Source: Methanothrix sp. (lineage in GTDB: Archaea; Halobacteriota; Methanosarcinia; Methanotrichales; Methanotrichaceae). From it: DNA of 64,000 nt. The stretch's first letter is position 1. The number at the start of each line of letters is the position of its first letter. The stretch is taken from positions 2,336,001 through 2,400,000 of the forward strand of contig OY821645.1 of the NCBI GenBank assembly GCA_963682135.1. The letters are read 5' to 3'. Position numbers and translations under genes: made by a program. The notes beneath the pieces were generated by a model. That model ran no database searches, was not told the DNA's origin, and saw only the letters and a program-made list of their open reading frames with translations. Positions 58,125 to 64,000 of this stretch are shown here, one piece after another.

Positions 58125-59300
58125 ATGGAGTATATTTTGCATCCCCGCTCAGAGATCGATGCCCGGATAAAGAGGTTGCAGGAACGGATGGGAGAACTGA
58201 CCGGTGCCATATTGTTGGAGTCCACTGACCTGGGCTATTTCTCTGGCACTGCCCAGGAGGGTCTCATCTACGTTCCCAGAGAGGGTCTGCCCACCCTCAT
58301 GATCAGGAAGAGCCAGGAGAGGGCCAGGCAGGAGTCGCCTCTTCCCGTGCTGCCCCAAAAGAGCTACAAGTCTCTCAAGACAGATCTTGATCTGCCTGCC
58401 GGCGCGAGAATTGGCCTGGAGTTGGATGTGCTTCCTTACAATAATTATGCCCGCCTGGCAGCGGCTCTGGGCAAGGATGTCATATGTTCCGATATCTCTG
58501 AGACTATCAAGCACATTCGCTCTGTAAAGTCGGATTTTGAGATCCGGCTAATCCGCGAGGCGGCAAGGATTTTGGATGCAGGTATCGCCTCTGTGGCAGA
58601 CAACCTCAAAGAGGGCATGCGGGAGATCGATCTGGCCGTCGTTGTGGAGAGCACAATGAGGCTCATGGGCCATCAGGGCAAGGTGGCATTTAGACGGTTT
58701 AATCAGAATCTGCCCATGGGCCATCTCATGACAGGTCCCAGTGCCGCAATGCCTAGCTTCGTATCCTCTCCCACGGGCGGCAAGGGCATGTCACTTTTCT
58801 TTGCTCAGGGGCCGGGATTTGCCAGGATCAAGCGGGGTGAGAGCGTGCTGGTCGATTATGCCGGATGCTACAACGGCTACATCGCCGATGAGACGCGCAT
58901 ATTCTCCATAGGAAAGCTTTCAGCAAAGCTGGAGGATGCACATCAAGCTGCTTTGCAGATCGAAAAAGTCATAGCCGGGCAGCTTCGGCCTGGCGGGATT
59001 GGCCGCGAGATCTGGAATCTCTCTGAGGCCGAAGGAGAGCGATTGGGCTATCAGGATTTCCTGGGAGGGCCGCCGGGCAGCAAAGCCGGATTTGTGGGAC
59101 ACGGGGTGGGCTTGCAGATCGATGAGTATCCTGTTCTCGGTCCCCTGGATCATGAAATAGTCGAGAACATGATCGTTGCCGTGGAGCCGAAGATGATTTA
59201 TCCTGGAGTTGGCGTGGTAGGAATTGAGGACACTTTCCTCGTGGGATCAAAGGGAGCCGAGAGGCTGACCCGTCTGCCGCAGGAGATCTGGCAGGTCTAG
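58125..59300 (+). CDS. M24 Xaa-Pro peptidase family protein
   Basis: GYIADETR, GHGVG, VEPK, GIEDT. Confidence 0.92.
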   Translation: MEYILHPRSEIDARIKRLQERMGELTGAILLESTDLGYFSGTAQEGLIYVPREGLPTLMIRKSQERARQESPLPVLPQKSYKSLKTDLDLPAGARIGLELDVLPYNNYARLAAALGKDVICSDISETIKHIRSVKSDFEIRLIREAARILDAGIASVADNLKEGMREIDLAVVVESTMRLMGHQGKVAFRRFNQNLPMGHLMTGPSAAMPSFVSSPTGGKGMSLFFAQGPGFARIKRGESVLVDYAGCYNGYIADETRIFSIGKLSAKLEDAHQAALQIEKVIAGQLRPGGIGREIWNLSEAEGERLGYQDFLGGPPGSKAGFVGHGVGLQIDEYPVLGPLDHEIVENMIVAVEPKMIYPGVGVVGIEDTFLVGSKGAERLTRLPQEIWQV

Positions 59301-59302
59301 AG

Positions 59303-59698
59303 ATGCTCGATGCAGACGAATGTGCAGTCCGCCTGCTGTCACCTGCCCAATGCCGGGATCTGATCGAGCAGTCTTCCGGCCTGCAATCAGAGAATAGCTC
59401 TTCGGATAGGGGCTGCCTGGTGATCCTGGATGTGAGAACACCCCAGGAATACCGCTCCGGCCACCTGTTCGGCTCAATTAACTTGGACTTCAGATCCACC
59501 TCGTTTGCCGATGAGCTGGCCGGGCTTGATCGCAGTAAACCTTATCTGGTCTACTGTCGCACCGGCGTTCGATCAGGGCGGGCGACGGCTCTCATGAAAT
59601 CGTTGGGATTTCGGGAGCTTTATGATCTGGCCGGTGGGATTATGAGCTGGCAAAGAGAAGGCTTCGAGATAGTCTCTGATGGGGAATTAGGTCAATGA
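59303..59698 (+). CDS. Rhodanese-like protein
   Basis: LDVRTPQEY.GH, YCRTGVRS, GGIMSW. Confidence 0.9.
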   Translation: MLDADECAVRLLSPAQCRDLIEQSSGLQSENSSSDRGCLVILDVRTPQEYRSGHLFGSINLDFRSTSFADELAGLDRSKPYLVYCRTGVRSGRATALMKSLGFRELYDLAGGIMSWQREGFEIVSDGELGQ

Positions 59699-60618
59699 CC
59701 GCAAAATCCATGGGTCAAAATGTTATGGGAAAATCGTTCAGGCACATTTTAATTACATGCATCAGGCAGATTCCGATTTTCGCATTATTGCTGATGCTCC
59801 CCATATCATCAGGCCTGAATGCATCATCCGACCTTGGTACATCCACAAAGGCAGACAATTTAAAAGACAATTCTTCCCTCGAAAATTCCTCCCTGTGGCA
59901 GGTTTTTGATATACTGGAATCGAAGGATTATGTAGACCTGACCCATAGCTTCCGACCGGGAATACCTCATTGGCAGGGCTTTCCTAATGAGACGGTAGAT
60001 ACTATCTTTAACTTCAGCACATCAGGCTTTCTGGCCCAGAAGTTTTGCCTTGTAGGACAATGGGGCACCCATGTTGACGCACCGGCACATTTCCATCAAG
60101 GAAAACGCACCGTTGATCAAATAGATGTCAAGGAGATGCTGCTGCCCTTAGTAGTACTGGATATACATGAGAATGCCTCGGCAAATCCGGATTATACAAT
60201 AAGCATGGATGACGTATCCGCCTGGGAATCCAGACATGGCAAGATACCGGAAGGCTGCTTCGTGGCCCTTCGAACGGACTGGTCGAAACGCTGGCCCAAC
60301 CAGACTGCCATGCTGAATATAGACCGCGACGGGACAATGCATTATCCCGGCTGGAGCATGGAGGTGCTGCGCTACCTCTATGAAGACCGGAAGATCACGG
60401 CATCGGGCCATGAGACTACCGATACTGATCCAGGGATTCAGACGAGCAAAGATGACTACACGCTGGAGTCCTATGTCCTGGGACAGGACCATTTTCAGAT
60501 TGAACTGCTGGCAAATCTGGACAAGGTTCCTGAATATGGTGCTTTGATCGTGGCTACATTTCCCAAACCCGAGGGCGGATCAGGGTTTCCTGCAAGGGCT
60601 TTTGCAGTATTGCCTTAA
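59695..60618 (+). CDS. Cyclase (kynurenine formamidase-like) family protein with signal peptide
   Basis: VDLTH, GTHVDAPAHF, GHETTDTD, GSGFPAR. Confidence 0.9.
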   Translation: MTAKSMGQNVMGKSFRHILITCIRQIPIFALLLMLPISSGLNASSDLGTSTKADNLKDNSSLENSSLWQVFDILESKDYVDLTHSFRPGIPHWQGFPNETVDTIFNFSTSGFLAQKFCLVGQWGTHVDAPAHFHQGKRTVDQIDVKEMLLPLVVLDIHENASANPDYTISMDDVSAWESRHGKIPEGCFVALRTDWSKRWPNQTAMLNIDRDGTMHYPGWSMEVLRYLYEDRKITASGHETTDTDPGIQTSKDDYTLESYVLGQDHFQIELLANLDKVPEYGALIVATFPKPEGGSGFPARAFAVLP

Positions 60619-61772
60619 TAATGCTGCAGATACCTCTCTATTCTGTCCAGCCCCTCGGCAATATTTTCCAGAGAATTGGCATAAGAGAACCTCAAGTACC
60701 CCTCACCATTTGGCCCGAAGTCTATTCCCGGCGTCACACCCACGTGCGCTTTCTCCAGGATCTCGAAGGCCAGCCGGTAAGAGTCACCCGAAAAGCTCCT
60801 GGCATTGGCGAAGACATAAAAGGCCCCCGTCGGCACCACGGTGATGGTAAATCCCAGCTCTCTCAAGCGCTTGATCATGAACTTTCGCCGCTGGTCATAG
60901 ATCCTCTTCATCTCTGCCACCTGTGGGCCCGTCTCCTGCAGAGCGGCGATGCCCGCCCTTTGAGCCAGAGAGCTGGCGCAGATGAAGAAGTTCTGTTGCA
61001 TCTTCTGAATAGGCCGGATGAACCTCTCCGGGGCGATGAGGTAGCCCAGGCGAAGCCCGGTCATGGCATAGAGCTTGGAAAAGCCGTTTAAGACAAAGGC
61101 GCGGTCGGAAAACTCCAGGATGGAGTGTTCTTTTCCCTCGTAGACCAGGCCGTGATAGATCTCATCGGAGATGATGTAGGGCGACAGCTTCGCAATGGAG
61201 CGCATGGTGCTCTCGGAGAGCAGGCAGCCGGTCGGATTGGAGGGGGAATTGATGAGAATGGCTTTTGTCTTTCTGCTGATTCTCTCCCGGATGGCCTCCG
61301 GACGCATTTGAAAACCGTCCTTTTCATAGACCGGCACTCTTGCGGGAATGCCTCCTAAAAATTTTATGAAATTGGGATAGCAGGCATAGCCCGGATCGGA
61401 GATAATCACCTCCTGGCCCTTCTCCAGCAGCGCCGCAAAGATGAGCATCATGGCCGGGGAGGTGCCGGAGGTCACCACTATCTGCTCCGGTTTAACGCAA
61501 ACGCCATAAGTCTCCAGATAGTGCCGACAGATAGCCTCGCGCAGCTCTAAGTCGCCCAAGCTATGCGTGTAATGGGTGAGCCCCTCCTCCAATGCCCTGC
61601 ATGTGGCATCCTTCACGGCAGGTGGTATATCGAAGTCCGGCTCGCCCACCTCCAGATGGATGACATTAATTCCCTGGCACTCCATCTCTCGCGCTCTCTC
61701 CAAGACATCCATGGCGATGAAAGGAGAGATCTCTTCTGCTCTTCTGGCGATCATTGCTTTCACCGTGATCAT
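60615..61772 (-). CDS. Class I PLP-dependent aminotransferase
   Basis: GEPDF, NSPSNPTG, SDEIY, GFSKLYAMTGLRLG. Confidence 0.94.
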   Translation of the reverse strand: MITVKAMIARRAEEISPFIAMDVLERAREMECQGINVIHLEVGEPDFDIPPAVKDATCRALEEGLTHYTHSLGDLELREAICRHYLETYGVCVKPEQIVVTSGTSPAMMLIFAALLEKGQEVIISDPGYACYPNFIKFLGGIPARVPVYEKDGFQMRPEAIRERISRKTKAILINSPSNPTGCLLSESTMRSIAKLSPYIISDEIYHGLVYEGKEHSILEFSDRAFVLNGFSKLYAMTGLRLGYLIAPERFIRPIQKMQQNFFICASSLAQRAGIAALQETGPQVAEMKRIYDQRRKFMIKRLRELGFTITVVPTGAFYVFANARSFSGDSYRLAFEILEKAHVGVTPGIDFGPNGEGYLRFSYANSLENIAEGLDRIERYLQHY

Positions 61773-61818
61773 TTCAAGTTGATATTAACTTGACGCGAGA
61801 CAATCATTTCTTCTTTTC

Positions 61819-63300
61819 TCAGGCCAAAAGGACATTCATGTTCTTCTCATTCACCGTTCCCTGATGTCCCGCTTTAACAATCTCGGCCAGGGAGAGCCGC
61901 AGCCAATCGCCAAAAGAGCCGGAAGATGTGTTATCCGGGTCCATGGAATCGAGATCATCGTAGCCTTTCTGCCGGGCGGCAGGCATGAGGATATTTTTGG
62001 CGGCCCAATAGTCCAGGGCCACGGGATCGATGCTGGCGGCAATTATGCCGGCTTGATCGGCTTCTTCATATGAGGTTCTGGGCCCTCCTCCGGGATGGGC
62101 ATTGATCCAGATGGCATCCAGGATGTTCAGGTCGGGAAATCGTGTCTGGGTCATCTCTGTTCCCATGCCACCGAAGGCGACTGAATTATGAGACCTGCCG
62201 CCCGCCTGCCGGCTGAGCCGATCGGAGCCCACGCCCATGTAGTGCTTGATGCAGGCCGTTACGCCATAGATGGAGTGTGTCTTGAGAACGGGAACATTCA
62301 GCACCTTGAGATGCCTGCTGTTATAGCTGCCGTTGACGGCATCCCAGACGCCCTCCTTAAAGCTGATGTAAGTGCCGTATTTGGTCTGAAACTTAGGGTA
62401 AGTGACGCAGATTTTCGTCTGTGCATCAGGCGGACCGGATAGAACGTAACCGTCTGCCATATCGCCATCCACATATTCGCCTACCTTGTTGCCGGTTATC
62501 CTATCCCAGAGATAGGTCGATACCTTTTGATCCGGGAAGGAGTCGGCCACCACCTGCATAGATTGGGTTATATTTTCAGCGTTGTTTCGAGCATAACTCA
62601 GGTTGCCTCCACTGCCCGTCGAGCCGTACTGGCCCTGGCCGTTGTCGGCGATGATCACCTCGCCGTCAAAGCCTTGAGGATGATTCACGATTGCCTGGAC
62701 GAGAGCCTTGACGAGATCGGAATTGGTGCCGCCTCTCTCATCCCACTGGCTGTTGACCTTGATTATTACTACATCATCCTTCTCGATGATGCCAAGAGAG
62801 GCGTTTTGGGCGTAGAAGGGCAGGCCGTGACTATTCATCAGTTCTATCAATCTCGTCACAGAATCATCATTTCCATCGGTTCCGGCTATCGCAAATATAT
62901 CGGAAGGCTCCGGGAATTGCGAACGCATCTGGGAGAGATTGATCATAATAGTATCACCTCTGCTGGCAGCATCTGTATCATCCCCCGCCGTCCTGGCCAA
63001 GCCCATCATATTGAATGAACCATAGAGGACGAATGAAGATACGAAGAGGAGCAGCAGAAATCCGGCCAAAGTCATTGCCCTTTTCGCGACCCATCTTTCC
63101 GGTGATCGAACTGCCAGGATGAAAGGCAGAATGTAAGCTGCAATCCACAGGCTCCCGCTGGCAGCCGAGGCTTGCTGGCAGGGGTAACTCATGCGAGTGG
63201 GCTTGCTGCCTGTCCGGAAGATAAACCAGAGAATGCTGGCCAGGCCAAAGAGAAAGAAGCTGTGTCGGGCTTTGTGAATCAATTTCTTAATGGAATTCAT
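61819..63300 (-). CDS. DUF362-domain protein, membrane-anchored
   Basis: VIIKVN, IIADN, NVPVLKTH, KHYMG, DPVALD. Confidence 0.85.
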   Translation of the reverse strand: MNSIKKLIHKARHSFFLFGLASILWFIFRTGSKPTRMSYPCQQASAASGSLWIAAYILPFILAVRSPERWVAKRAMTLAGFLLLLFVSSFVLYGSFNMMGLARTAGDDTDAASRGDTIMINLSQMRSQFPEPSDIFAIAGTDGNDDSVTRLIELMNSHGLPFYAQNASLGIIEKDDVVIIKVNSQWDERGGTNSDLVKALVQAIVNHPQGFDGEVIIADNGQGQYGSTGSGGNLSYARNNAENITQSMQVVADSFPDQKVSTYLWDRITGNKVGEYVDGDMADGYVLSGPPDAQTKICVTYPKFQTKYGTYISFKEGVWDAVNGSYNSRHLKVLNVPVLKTHSIYGVTACIKHYMGVGSDRLSRQAGGRSHNSVAFGGMGTEMTQTRFPDLNILDAIWINAHPGGGPRTSYEEADQAGIIAASIDPVALDYWAAKNILMPAARQKGYDDLDSMDPDNTSSGSFGDWLRLSLAEIVKAGHQGTVNEKNMNVLLA

Positions 63301-63401
63301 AGGGGATCAAGAATGCTATTATGGCATCATTCATTAATATCCCTTTGCAATTCTCGGAGGCGAATGAAATCCCTGTACTTCTGAGCGGGTCTGAGCGGGG
63401 G

Positions 63402-63845
63402 TTAATCGCCTTTAACCAAGAGCACAGGAATTGAGGACTGCAAGACCACTTTCCCGGCAACGCTTCCCAAGAGGATCTTTTCCATGCCTGTGCGGCCCAA
63501 GCTTCCCATGATGATCAGGTCAATTCCCTGCTCGCGTGAGATCTTGAGAAGCTCCTCACTGGGGCTGCCCTGGGTCAGGATCTTCCGGCAGGGAACTTTC
63601 ATAATAAAAGCCTGATCTTCGACGAACTGCGTTGCCTGCTGTCCTTCTTCTTGCATGAGCTGTAGAATCTTCTCTTTTAGTCCCGGCAAGGTCGCAAACC
63701 CCGGCAGGTGGGCCAGGCGCAGTGTTTCCATGACATAAACGGCAGTGATGCTGCCATTTGCACGGTGGGCGATGTCTATGCCAATCATTGCAGCCTTCTT
63801 GCTGGTATCCGATCCATCGGTGGCGATCATGATTTTTTTGATCAT
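63402..63845 (-). CDS. Universal stress protein
   Basis: IMIATDGS, IIMGSLG...LLGSVA. Confidence 0.94.
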   Translation of the reverse strand: MIKKIMIATDGSDTSKKAAMIGIDIAHRANGSITAVYVMETLRLAHLPGFATLPGLKEKILQLMQEEGQQATQFVEDQAFIMKVPCRKILTQGSPSEELLKISREQGIDLIIMGSLGRTGMEKILLGSVAGKVVLQSSIPVLLVKGD

Positions 63846-63955
63846 AATATCCCGAATTTCATTGAATTGCCTGATTCTCTTGCTAAGTCAAAATCCAAAA
63901 AGACTGGCAATAAATGGAAAAGCCGGATTTGGCAATCCGACTTGTATTGCACATC

Positions 63956-64000
63956 TTATGCAACGATCTTGCTCTTGACGATGTACTTGACCAGCTCAGG
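63956..64000 (-). CDS. C-terminal end of an unidentified gene entering from the window edge
   Basis: PELVKYIVKSKIVA*. Confidence 0.4.
   Translation of the reverse strand, partial: PELVKYIVKSKIVA

Overview
Chromosomal window from a methanogenic euryarchaeon, most likely Methanothrix/Methanotrichaceae (inferred from gene content and protein style). 0-17 kb is core methanogen housekeeping: an intron-containing tRNA-Gly(TCC), carS, the full mtrEDCBAFGH operon, methanogenesis marker 12, cofD, sepF, cofG and egsA. 17-24 kb holds a 1891-aa repetitive surface protein and mtd. 24-35 kb is a metal (Ni/Co) uptake locus: an Opp/Nik-type ABC transporter with an embedded methyltransferase, a CbiM/PDGLE/CbiQ/CbiO ECF transporter, and His/Cys-rich micro-proteins, including a 38-aa CCH...CCH peptide missing from the ORF track. 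35-43 kb has a hybrid kinase with two orphan binding proteins, a pentapeptide-repeat protein and thiL. 44-53 kb is an accessory region: DUF6602-like nuclease, HEAT chimera, nonsense pseudogene, PemK toxin-antitoxin pair, an intact IS110 element, UPF0175 and a pseudo-caspase STAND-TPR protein. 53-64 kb is ordinary metabolic genes. Best candidates for novelty: (1) the IS110, whose ends can be read from a CAAAGA direct repeat and whose structured non-coding left end carries short matches to its own donor and target junctions (candidate archaeal bridge RNA); (2) the His-rich micro-protein cluster; (3) an unannotated SD+ATA hydrophobic peptide followed by a UUCG hairpin. All family assignments are by motif recognition only; no searches were run.
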